32,709 nt of DNA. It comes from a virus. Lineage: Duplodnaviria; Caudoviricetes. Position numbers and translations under genes: made by a program. Within the stretch, counting starts at the first letter, position 1, and each line of letters starts with the position of its first letter. The notes under the pieces are model-generated. The model searched no databases. It saw only the letters and a program-made list of their open reading frames with translations, and was not told the origin of the DNA. Shown piece after piece: positions 17,891 through 25,745 of the stretch. The stretch spans positions 1-32,709 of the IMG/VR virus record IMGVR_UViG_3300012952_000064. The stretch is one strand, 5' to 3'.

Positions 17891-18075
17891 ACTTCCTCCT
17901 TTTTGTTTCTTGCTCTTTCGTTCTCCGCTTTAAGTCTTGCTATAAATATCGGGTTATCTATAACTCTTTTGTTTGCCCATTCAACATTGTGAGCTAAGTC
18001 TTTAGCTATTCGTTTAACTTTGCCTACGGACTGTTCAAGCTTGTCGAGTTGGTCTTCTAGTTTTTTATTGGTCAT
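17887..18075 (-). CDS. Early hypothetical coiled-coil protein
   Basis: Likely start MTNKKLEDQ at 18075 after a repeated AGGAG cassette. Confidence 0.72.
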   Translation of the reverse strand: MTNKKLEDQLDKLEQSVGKVKRIAKDLAHNVEWANKRVIDNPIFIARLKAENERARNKKEEV

Positions 18076-18268
18076 TGGTTTCTCCTGTTTGGTTATCAAA
18101 TTTATTTATAAGTTTTCGCAAAAAATCCCTTCTTTCAATGCACCTTTGGCGATCCCTATGTGTCCATTGTTTACCCCTTAATTTTCTGTCACAGCCATTT
18201 TCTATTTTCCTAAGACTAATTTTTAAGTTTGTATAAATTTCATCAAATTCTTTATCAGTAAATGTCAT
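18065..18268 (-). CDS. Early hypothetical basic protein
   Basis: 67 aa; preceded by repeated AGGAG cassette. Confidence 0.72.
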   Translation of the reverse strand: MTFTDKEFDEIYTNLKISLRKIENGCDRKLRGKQWTHRDRQRCIERRDFLRKLINKFDNQTGETNDQ

Positions 18269-18511
18269 TGTTTTCTCCTATTGGTTATGCGACTTTTTTA
18301 AGTTCGTCGCTGTCTATTCGATAACAGATAATTTCGTAGATTTCATCTACCGAATAATCTATAAATTTATTTCTGTATTCAAAGTCATCATCTGAATAGC
18401 TAAAAACAGCTACTTCAATTAATGAATGATAGACATTGATAAACATAAAATAATCTTTGTATTCTTTTTTATATTCTTTAATAAGCATTGTTTTCTCCTG
18501 TTTGGTTATGC
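18073..18511 (-). repeat. Three copies of a ~25-bp stop/SD/start cassette (GC)ATAACCAAACAGGAGAAAACAATG
   Basis: Copies at 18486-18511, 18266-18290 and 18073-18096 (23/24 identity between the first and third). Confidence 0.85.
18285..18488 (-). CDS. Early hypothetical acidic/aromatic protein
   Basis: 67 aa, Tyr/Phe/Asp/Glu-rich; preceded by repeated AGGAG cassette. Confidence 0.72.
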   Translation of the reverse strand: MLIKEYKKEYKDYFMFINVYHSLIEVAVFSYSDDDFEYRNKFIDYSVDEIYEIICYRIDSDELKKVA

Positions 18512-18844
18512 TACTTCTTCAAGTTCGTTTATGTAATCGGCTACTATTTCTTCCCCGATTATGTATGTGTACATACCTACAACTCTTTCAGGGTCAGATA
18601 AATCTGTATAAACTTCTCCAAAGTTATCTTGTTCATAGTCTTTGATAAAATTAATTACATCAAAAGCCATATCTCCTAGCCATTTTTTAGCTTGATAAGT
18701 GCCTATGATATATTCATCTTGATTGAATGCGTGATGGTGTAAATCGTCTTTCCACGTTTCCGGTTCGTTTTCTTCAAACCATTCTTTATTTTCTTTAATA
18801 AAATAATCAAAATATACTTTTATTTCTTGTCTTTTATATTCCAT
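18506..18844 (-). CDS. Acidic early protein, putative Ocr-like DNA mimic (anti-restriction)
   Basis: 112 aa, about 28 D+E versus 10 K+R; DDLHHHAFNQDEYIIGTY recalls Ocr DDLHDAIH..AD..VP.YY; first gene after the early promoter; GAGGT SD. Confidence 0.55.
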   Translation of the reverse strand: MEYKRQEIKVYFDYFIKENKEWFEENEPETWKDDLHHHAFNQDEYIIGTYQAKKWLGDMAFDVINFIKDYEQDNFGEVYTDLSDPERVVGMYTYIIGEEIVADYINELEEVA

Positions 18845-18877
18845 TGTTACCTCACTTGTTTAATTGAATATAAACAT

Positions 18878-18906
18878 ATTAAACCACAATGATGCACACA
18901 TGTCAA
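18878..18906 (-). promoter_or_regulatory. Strong sigma70 early promoter
   Basis: TTGACA (complement of 18901-18906), 17-nt spacer ending TGG, TTTAAT (complement of 18878-18883). Confidence 0.8.
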
Positions 18907-18960
18907 CACATAAACACATAAAATATATAAATTAATTTAGATACCATTTAAAATACTTTC

Positions 18961-19461
18961 ATGGCAGGAAAAACCAAAGGAGCAGGAAGACCGAAAAAGA
19001 TTCTTAATTCCAAAGATACATTAAATAAAATAATTCAGTACGGGGCGGAAGGCTTGACTATTGGTCAGACTGCCCGAATGCTTGGGGTATCCAGAAGCTC
19101 GCTCGACAGAAGACGCAAGGAATTTGATGAAATAGAGGAAGCTATAAAAAAAGGACAAGCAAAAGGAATCAGTAATATATCGAACGCTCTCTATAATTCC
19201 GCTATGGACGGGAACGTTACCGCTCAGATTTTCTATTTAAAGACAAGAGGGGAAGAGGGACAATGGAACGATCAAGCGAACGTACAAATTAACGTAGACT
19301 TAACCAAAGCATTAACAGACGCACAAGAACGCACGAACGTACACACGATAGAAGGCGAGACTATTACCCGTCCGTTGCCGTACGTACAGACGGACGAGCG
19401 TACGGACGTTGAAGAAAGTTCGAGCGTTTCGTTCGAGCGTGCGGACGTTGAGAAAAAATGA
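18961..19461 (+). CDS. terS: Terminase small subunit
   Basis: GRPKK start; HTH GLTIGQTARMLGVSRSSL; EEAIKKG; GNVTAQIFYLK; directly upstream of terL. Confidence 0.88.
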   Translation: MAGKTKGAGRPKKILNSKDTLNKIIQYGAEGLTIGQTARMLGVSRSSLDRRRKEFDEIEEAIKKGQAKGISNISNALYNSAMDGNVTAQIFYLKTRGEEGQWNDQANVQINVDLTKALTDAQERTNVHTIEGETITRPLPYVQTDERTDVEESSSVSFERADVEKK

Positions 19462-19524
19462 AAATACCCCCCCTTTCTCTAGGTAGTACATGCGTTATAT
19501 ATATAACACTATAGATAATTTTTT

Positions 19525-21057
19525 ATGAAATATTCAGCAGACCAAGAAACTAAGCTAATGACCGAGATGTGGTCAATGAACATCAAGGATGATCCGTACA
19601 ATTTCGTCAAATTTACCTTCCCTTGGGGAGTAAAGGATACCCCCCTTGAAGACTTTGAAGGACCAAGGAAGTGGCAAGAAAAAATTTTGCGAGAAATTAC
19701 AACACATATCCAAAGAAACCAAAGATTAGATATGCCAGAGATGTTCAGACTAGCTGTAGCTTCTGGACGTGGTATAGGTAAATCAGCCTTAGTTGCATGG
19801 TTAATACTATGGATGTTATCAACCAGACTTGGTTCTACTATTATTGTTACAGCAAACACAGAACAACAGCTTAGAAGTAGAACATGGGCTGAATTAGGTA
19901 AATGGCTAACATTAGCAATCAACTCACATTGGTTTTCTAAAACAGCAACAACCATAAAACCGGCACAATGGTTTGAAGAAGCTCTAATTAGAGATTTAAA
20001 AATAGATACTGGCTATTACTACGCTCAAGCACAACTATGGAGTGAAGAGAATCCTGACGCTTTTGCTGGTATTCATTCTAACTACGGTGTCTGTTTAATT
20101 ATGGATGAAGCATCTGGTATACCATCACCGATATATTCAGTATCCGAAGGTTTCTTCTCAGAACCCACGAAAGATCGTTATTGGTTCTGTTTCTCCAACC
20201 CACGTAGAAACACGGGACCGTTTTATGATTGTTTCAATAGCAATCGTCAGTTCTGGCGTACGGAGCAAATAGACTCCCGAAACGTAGAGGGTACTGATAA
20301 AGAACTGTTCCAAAGAATGATAGAACAATACGGGGAAGACTCTACTGTATCTAGGGTTGAAGTTATGGGTGAGTTTCCCCGTGCCGATGATGATACGGTT
20401 ATTCCGATGGAGTTAGTGCGTGCAGCCGTAGAAAGAGATGTAGCTCTTACAGCCGGTGAACCAATATTGTGGGGTTTAGATGTCGCTCGTTTCGGTGGTG
20501 ACAATTCTGCTTTGTGCGTACGTCAGGGAAATACAGTTTTAGATATAGAAACTTTTGGTTCTATGGACTTGATGCAACTTTGCGGAATAGTAAAAAATAA
20601 ATACGATGACTGTACGGTTATTGAAAGACCACAAGAAATATTAGTTGATGTCATTGGTTTGGGTGCGGGCGTGGTCGATCGTTTGCGTGAGCAAAACTTA
20701 CCCGTACGTGGAGTCAATGTTTCCGAAGCACCGTCAACGAAAAAAAATTATTTAAACTTGCGAGCTGAACTTTGGTTTAGTATCAAAGACTGGTTAGCAG
20801 GTAGAGACTGTCGCATACCTAACGATGATGAGTTAGTTGCTGAGTTAGCATCACCGTCATACAAATATACTTCTACCGGTAAAATAAAAATAGAATCCAA
20901 AGAAGAAATGAAACGCAGAGGTTTAAAATCACCAGACAAAGCCGATGCACTTGCTTTGACGATGGCTGGTTCGGCAGCAAGTTTTAGTGGCAGTCAAAGC
21001 TTTATGGGTTATAATTTCAACAAACCGCTAAAATCACGAATATTGCGTGTAGGATAA
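19525..21057 (+). CDS. terL: Terminase large subunit
   Basis: Walker A ASGRGIGKS; Walker B LIMDEASG; FSNP motif III; nuclease GLDVARFGGD and SPDKADAL. Confidence 0.96.
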   Translation: MKYSADQETKLMTEMWSMNIKDDPYNFVKFTFPWGVKDTPLEDFEGPRKWQEKILREITTHIQRNQRLDMPEMFRLAVASGRGIGKSALVAWLILWMLSTRLGSTIIVTANTEQQLRSRTWAELGKWLTLAINSHWFSKTATTIKPAQWFEEALIRDLKIDTGYYYAQAQLWSEENPDAFAGIHSNYGVCLIMDEASGIPSPIYSVSEGFFSEPTKDRYWFCFSNPRRNTGPFYDCFNSNRQFWRTEQIDSRNVEGTDKELFQRMIEQYGEDSTVSRVEVMGEFPRADDDTVIPMELVRAAVERDVALTAGEPILWGLDVARFGGDNSALCVRQGNTVLDIETFGSMDLMQLCGIVKNKYDDCTVIERPQEILVDVIGLGAGVVDRLREQNLPVRGVNVSEAPSTKKNYLNLRAELWFSIKDWLAGRDCRIPNDDELVAELASPSYKYTSTGKIKIESKEEMKRRGLKSPDKADALALTMAGSAASFSGSQSFMGYNFNKPLKSRILRVG

Positions 21058-21058
21058 T

Positions 21059-23206
21059 ATGGCAGAAAAAGAAAAAAAGATGTCAGCAGAAGACGCTGAT
21101 AAAGAACAAGCTTATAGAGATGAACAACTGTCAGCCGTTCTTAAGGCTGAGATGGAAGATGCTAAAGACTTTATCCATCAAGTTGGTGAAGAGAGAGCAG
21201 AGTCTACAGAATATTATTTAGGCAACGAACCAGAAGGTACTAGCACTTTACAATCCTATTACGTATCAACGGACGTACGTGACACCGTACTCTTCATGTT
21301 ACCGTCTATCATGCGTACTTTCTTTGGTACGAAAAAGGTAGTTGAGTTTGTCCCAAAGAGTGCTGAGGATATTGCTGCATCCGAACAACAAACTAATTAC
21401 ATCAACTACATAGTTCAAGAGAAAAACCCCGGATTTAAAATTTTATACGATGTGTTCAAGGATGCGTTAGTGCGTAAGACTGGGTACGTGAAAGCGTTCT
21501 GGGATGACAGTATGTCAGCTTCTACGCACGAATACACCGACATTACTCCGATCCAATACCAAGGTTTAATTATGGACCCAGACGTAGAAATTATTTCTGA
21601 GTCAGTCAAAATGGAATCGGTAACTATGATGAACCCAGAGACCGGTGAAGAAGTTACCCAAGAACAACCCGCAAGTTACGATTTAACAATCAGGCGTGTC
21701 AAAGCAAAAAACCAAGTCTGCATAGAATCTATACCCCCTGAAGAGGTCTTGGTAGCTAGACACGCCCGTTCATTAGCAGAATCAAGTTACGTTGCTCATA
21801 GAATGATTAAGTCGGTATCCGATTTAGTTGCTATGGGTTATGACATAGAAGAGATTGAGCAATACGCAGGAGCCGGTGGCAGTTATCTAGACCCACAAGC
21901 TTACGAAGAGCAAGAAGCTAGAAATCCGTTTGATAATATGGTTTATCCGGATAGAGATGACGCTGCCGGCAAAGACGTGCTCTACATGGAACACTATTTA
22001 TTTTTTGATTTAGATGGTGACGGTATTGATGAAAGAGTTAGAGTTTGTACTGCTGGAGAAAGTCTTAACATTCTTAGCGTAGAACCGTTTGATGACTTGC
22101 CGATTGTTTCGTTTTGTCCTGACCCTGAACCGCACACGGCAATCGGCTCATGTCCAGCAGACTATCTAAAACCAATTCAAGCTGCTAAATCACAAATCAT
22201 GCGTGACACTTTAGATTCTTTAGGTCATGCAATCTTCCCTAGAATGGGTATTGTCGAAGGGCAAGTAAACATAGACGATGTTTTAAACACCGATATTGGA
22301 CAACCGATTAGGATGCGAGCACCGGGCATGGTGCAACCTTTTTCAGTACCGTTTGTTGGTAAAGAAGCCTTTCCTGTTCTTGGTTATTTAGACGAATCAA
22401 AAGAAAACAGAACCGGTGTTTCTAAAGCAAGTGCTGGTTTAAATGCTGATGCACTACAAAGTTCTACGAAAGCTGCCGTTGCAGCTACGATGAGTGGAGC
22501 TCAAGGTAGAATCGAACTTATCTGCCGTCACTTTGCTGAAGGCGGTATGAAAGAATTATTTAAATTAGTTAATAGTTTGGTGATTAAACATCAAGACGCT
22601 CAAGACGTATTCAGACTCAACAATGAGTTTGTACCAGTCGATCCTAGATACTGGGATTCAGACAAAGACATGGTAGTAAATGTTGGACTAAGTAAATCTA
22701 ACGATGAAGAGAAAATGGCTACGCTAATTAACTTAAGTGCTAAACAAGAACAAATACTGCAACTACTAGGACCAAACAATCCATTAGTTAGCTTACAACA
22801 GTATGCCAATACACTTAGTCGTTACATAGAGTTATCTGGTTTTAAAGACACAACTAACTTTATCAACGCACAAGTTCCGCCAATGCCACCACAACCACAG
22901 CAACAACAACCGTCTGCTGAAGAAATGTTGGCACAAGCAGAAATGCAAAAAGCACAAGTCTCAGCTCAAAAAGCTATGATAGATGCTGAAACCGATAGAA
23001 TGAAAATCATCATGGACGATGATAGAAACAGAGATATCGAAGAAGCACAGATTAGATTGAAGGCTGCTGAGTTACAAGCCAAGTATGGAACGCAAGTTAA
23101 CATTGCTGAAATAAATGCTATCATGGAAAGAGATAGAGAAATTATTAGAGAAGCAGCAAAGATTAACGCACAAGGCTTGTTTACTGATGACCAGACGCAA
23201 CAATAA
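21059..23206 (+). CDS. Portal protein (P22-like, with C-terminal barrel)
   Basis: 715 aa after terL; EYYLG, YINYI, GYVKAFWD, ENRTGVS motifs; Gln/Pro linker then long coiled coil. Confidence 0.92.
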   Translation: MAEKEKKMSAEDADKEQAYRDEQLSAVLKAEMEDAKDFIHQVGEERAESTEYYLGNEPEGTSTLQSYYVSTDVRDTVLFMLPSIMRTFFGTKKVVEFVPKSAEDIAASEQQTNYINYIVQEKNPGFKILYDVFKDALVRKTGYVKAFWDDSMSASTHEYTDITPIQYQGLIMDPDVEIISESVKMESVTMMNPETGEEVTQEQPASYDLTIRRVKAKNQVCIESIPPEEVLVARHARSLAESSYVAHRMIKSVSDLVAMGYDIEEIEQYAGAGGSYLDPQAYEEQEARNPFDNMVYPDRDDAAGKDVLYMEHYLFFDLDGDGIDERVRVCTAGESLNILSVEPFDDLPIVSFCPDPEPHTAIGSCPADYLKPIQAAKSQIMRDTLDSLGHAIFPRMGIVEGQVNIDDVLNTDIGQPIRMRAPGMVQPFSVPFVGKEAFPVLGYLDESKENRTGVSKASAGLNADALQSSTKAAVAATMSGAQGRIELICRHFAEGGMKELFKLVNSLVIKHQDAQDVFRLNNEFVPVDPRYWDSDKDMVVNVGLSKSNDEEKMATLINLSAKQEQILQLLGPNNPLVSLQQYANTLSRYIELSGFKDTTNFINAQVPPMPPQPQQQQPSAEEMLAQAEMQKAQVSAQKAMIDAETDRMKIIMDDDRNRDIEEAQIRLKAAELQAKYGTQVNIAEINAIMERDREIIREAAKINAQGLFTDDQTQQ

Positions 23207-23369
23207 ACTATACGATCTAGAAGTTTTAGAGGGTGACTACGTCTACATTGGTAGTGATATCAAAGCAGAGTCAGCCGAAAAAGCTTTTGAATTAATGATG
23301 TTTTTATTTGATAATAAAATAAATGAAGATTCTGAAATAATTCATTTAGAAGAAAAAACAATTCATTAA
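23187..23369 (+). CDS. Small acidic hypothetical protein
   Basis: Likely start MTRRNNK at 23187 overlapping portal end; TAATG-coupled to next gene. Confidence 0.6.
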   Translation: MTRRNNKLYDLEVLEGDYVYIGSDIKAESAEKAFELMMFLFDNKINEDSEIIHLEEKTIH

Positions 23370-23650
23370 TGAAAGATTCAAGACTAACAAAAGCAGGTGT
23401 ATCTGGTTATAACAAACCAAAAAGAACACCTAGTCATCCAAAGAAATCTCATGTTGTGGTCGCCAAACAAGGTGATAAAATAAAAACTATAAGGTTTGGA
23501 CAGCAAGGAGCTAAAACAGCAGGTAAACCTAAAGCTGGTGAGTCAGCGAGGATGAAAGCAAAACGTAAATCATTCAAAGCTAGACACGCCAAAAATATAG
23601 CAAAAGGTAAAATGTCAGCAGCGTATTGGGCGGATAAAGTAAAATGGTAA
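23369..23650 (+). CDS. Lys-rich conserved phage protein
   Basis: KSHVVVAK..IRFGQQG..RKSFKARH..SAAYWADKVKW. Confidence 0.75.
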   Translation: MKDSRLTKAGVSGYNKPKRTPSHPKKSHVVVAKQGDKIKTIRFGQQGAKTAGKPKAGESARMKAKRKSFKARHAKNIAKGKMSAAYWADKVKW

Positions 23651-23835
23651 GAAAATTTCCTAAAGTAGCAAAAACAAAAAGGGGTGTACCTAAGAAGTAC
23701 GTCAAAGGCTCTAAGAAACCTAGAAAGAGAGAAGCCGAAATATTAAATACTATGAAACTCTACAAGATGGGTAAACTAACTCCTGCAATGATGAATAAAA
23801 TATCTAAACAAAGAGCAAAAGATGGCAGGAAGTAA
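23644..23835 (+). CDS. Lys-rich small protein
   Basis: 63 aa; GVPKKYVKG motif; overlaps both neighbours. Confidence 0.65.
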   Translation: MVRKFPKVAKTKRGVPKKYVKGSKKPRKREAEILNTMKLYKMGKLTPAMMNKISKQRAKDGRK

Positions 23836-24067
23836 GCAAGCAGTTATAGATAAATATTCTAAATCAAGCGGTATATCAAAAAGCACACTAGGCAAAGTTT
23901 ACAAAAGAGGTTTAGGAGCATACTATTCAAGTGGTTCAAGACCGGGCGTATCTGCACACCAATGGGCGGCTGGTCGAGTTCGGTCGTTTGCTACCGGTAA
24001 AGGTGGTGCTCGTAAAGCTGACTCAGATTTACTTAGACCAAAAAAATCAAAACGAGGTAAAAAATGA
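23822..24067 (+). CDS. Basic small protein (DUF5824-like)
   Basis: SGISKSTLGKVYKRGLGAYYSSGSRP...QWAAGRVRSF. Confidence 0.65.
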   Translation: MAGSKQAVIDKYSKSSGISKSTLGKVYKRGLGAYYSSGSRPGVSAHQWAAGRVRSFATGKGGARKADSDLLRPKKSKRGKK

Positions 24068-24147
24068 AATACGGAATGAAAAAGAAGCCAGCTAAAAAGC
24101 CAGCTATGAAAAAGAAAAAAACTAAATCTAAAAAATACGGGTACTAA
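24064..24147 (+). CDS. 27-aa Lys-rich peptide, missed by ORF track
   Basis: GAGGT SD, ATGA overlap; MKYGMKKKPAKKPAMKKKKTKSKKYGY. Confidence 0.6.
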   Translation: MKYGMKKKPAKKPAMKKKKTKSKKYGY

Positions 24148-24148
24148 T

Positions 24149-24265
24149 ATGCCAATGAAAAAATATTCACCTAAGCAAAAGAAGTTAGCTAGAGTTGCTA
24201 AACCTAGAAACAAGATAACTGGTGCTGACTTCAAAAAACTTAAGGCTAAGAAAAAGAAAAAGTGA
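24149..24265 (+). CDS. 38-aa Lys-rich peptide, missed by ORF track
   Basis: MPMKKYSPKQKKLARVAKPRNKITGADFKKLKAKKKKK; starts 1 nt after previous stop. Confidence 0.6.
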   Translation: MPMKKYSPKQKKLARVAKPRNKITGADFKKLKAKKKKK

Positions 24266-24408
24266 AAAAGAAAGTAAAAGCTCCAAAAGGTTATCACTTT
24301 ATGAAAAGCGGTAAAAACTATAAACTTATGAAACACGAAGGTAAGTTTGTACCCCATAAGGGAGCTTCTTTAAACGCTGAGTTCGAAGTACAGAAAAAGC
24401 ACAAATAA
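24262..24408 (+). CDS. 48-aa basic peptide, missed by ORF track
   Basis: GTGA overlap; MKKKVKAPKGYHFMKSGKNYKLMKHEGKFVPHKGASLNAEFEVQKKHK. Confidence 0.6.
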   Translation: MKKKVKAPKGYHFMKSGKNYKLMKHEGKFVPHKGASLNAEFEVQKKHK

Positions 24409-24409
24409 T

Positions 24410-24430
24410 ATAGCCTTCGTCAAAGGCTAT
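24410..24430 (+). promoter_or_regulatory. Hairpin overlapping the start codon of the first lysis-cassette gene
   Basis: ATAGCCTT-CGTCA-AAGGCTAT; the 3' arm contains AAGG and the AT of ATG 24429. Confidence 0.55.
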
Positions 24431-24779
24431 GAATGAAATTGTAACCATAATAAATGAAGTAGGCTTTCCTATAGCAGCTACGCTTGGGTTAGGTTTTTTC
24501 TTATGGAAGTTGCTCAATAAAATAGTCAACGGTATGGAACAAAAGATAGACGTAGTTGACGATAAGATAAACGAGTCATTACAAGCCGTAGAGAAAAGAT
24601 TAGACTCTAAACTAGATTCCCAAACACAAATACTAATTCAGTTAATTGATAGAGTACGTTCTGTTGATAATGAAATCATTAGACAAGACATACTTTTAAA
24701 AACTATTCTAGGTGTGCCAAACTTAATAGAAAAAGATAAAATAGCTAAAGCAAATCAAAAAGATAAGAGGAAAGACTAA
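24429..24779 (+). CDS. Single-TM coiled-coil membrane protein (YvrJ/BhlA-like, putative holin or antiholin)
   Basis: EVGFPIAATLGLGFFLW TM segment followed by coiled coil; upstream of holin and endolysin. Confidence 0.6.
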   Translation: MNEIVTIINEVGFPIAATLGLGFFLWKLLNKIVNGMEQKIDVVDDKINESLQAVEKRLDSKLDSQTQILIQLIDRVRSVDNEIIRQDILLKTILGVPNLIEKDKIAKANQKDKRKD

Positions 24780-25177
24780 TGCCAGACCCTATTACAAACT
24801 CAGTTGTTGGTATTGCAGGCAACGTACTTAATAAATTTGTCGCAGACAAAAACTTAAAAATGACGCTTGAGCATGAACTCAAGACACAATTACAAACTGC
24901 TAACCTTGCTCAGATAGAAGTTAATAAAATAGAAGCAGCTAGTAAAAACTGGTTTGTGGCGGGCTGGAGACCGAGTGTCGGCTGGGTATGTAGTCTAGCT
25001 ATGATGTATCACTTTATTCTTGCACCTATGATTCAATTTGCTGTAGGTATAGCTGGGATTCAAGTTGCTTTACCAGAGTTTGATTTTAGTCAATTATCAA
25101 CCATACTTATGGCTATGCTCGGAATGGCAGGACTCAGGACTTTTGAAAAGAAAGAAAAAGTAACAAAGGGAAACTAA
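24779..25177 (+). CDS. Holin (GTA 3TM holin / DUF3154 family)
   Basis: WFVAGWRPSVGWVC, hydrophobic segments, MLGMAGLRTFEK. Confidence 0.85.
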   Translation: MPDPITNSVVGIAGNVLNKFVADKNLKMTLEHELKTQLQTANLAQIEVNKIEAASKNWFVAGWRPSVGWVCSLAMMYHFILAPMIQFAVGIAGIQVALPEFDFSQLSTILMAMLGMAGLRTFEKKEKVTKGN

Positions 25178-25548
25178 TGGCTTGGAAAAACTTTGAACTA
25201 GATGAATTTGCTTGTTCGCATTGCGGTGAAAATAATATTAATTATGACTTGATAGATAGATTGCAAGCATTACGATCTGATCTAGGCTTTCCATTTGTTA
25301 TCACTTCTGGTTATCGCTGTATGGAACATCCTGCAGAAATCAAAAAACCAAGACTAGGAACGCATGGTATGGGGCTTGCGGTAGATATATTGTGTCGAGG
25401 GGAACAAGCGTATAAAATTATAGCCAATGCAGAGAAATATGGTTTTACTGGTATTGGTGTGAATCAAAAAGGCAATAGCCGTTTTATTCACTTAGATATA
25501 GCATCTGAAGAAGATAATAAAGTAAGACCAACTGTATGGAGTTATTAA
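25177..25548 (+). CDS. Endolysin, peptidase M15A (Zn D-Ala-D-Ala peptidase fold)
   Basis: NFELDEFAC, ITSGYRC, THGMGLAVDI, FIHLD. Confidence 0.9.
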   Translation: MAWKNFELDEFACSHCGENNINYDLIDRLQALRSDLGFPFVITSGYRCMEHPAEIKKPRLGTHGMGLAVDILCRGEQAYKIIANAEKYGFTGIGVNQKGNSRFIHLDIASEEDNKVRPTVWSY

Positions 25549-25745
25549 TGCCGAGAACAACTGTGAATCAAGTAGCAAGCCAGATAGAAACCCATGAACA
25601 AGTGTGTGGTGAACGCTGGAAAAACGCCTACGAAAGATTTGACCGTATCGAAGCATTAATGGAAGCAAATTCACAAAGATTATGGTGGATAGCAGGAATC
25701 ATCATATCCCTACTACTACCAATCGCATATAGTAGTTTATTTTAA
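25548..25745 (+). CDS. Small coiled-coil protein with C-terminal TM helix (lysis-associated)
   Basis: Start MPRTTVNQ at 25548 by TAATG overlap; HEQVCGERW; LWWIAGIIISLLLPIAY. Confidence 0.65.
   Translation: MPRTTVNQVASQIETHEQVCGERWKNAYERFDRIEALMEANSQRLWWIAGIIISLLLPIAYSSLF

Noticed and set aside
17324-18645. Plus-strand ORFs in the early region (17324, 17508, 17729, 18457)
   Set aside because: Antisense to the SD-supported, tightly coupled minus-strand operon
19509-24529. Antisense ORFs over terL, portal and the basic peptides (e.g. 19509..19955, 23923..24357)
   Set aside because: Shadow frames of well-supported + strand genes; the Phe/Leu richness just mirrors Lys codons
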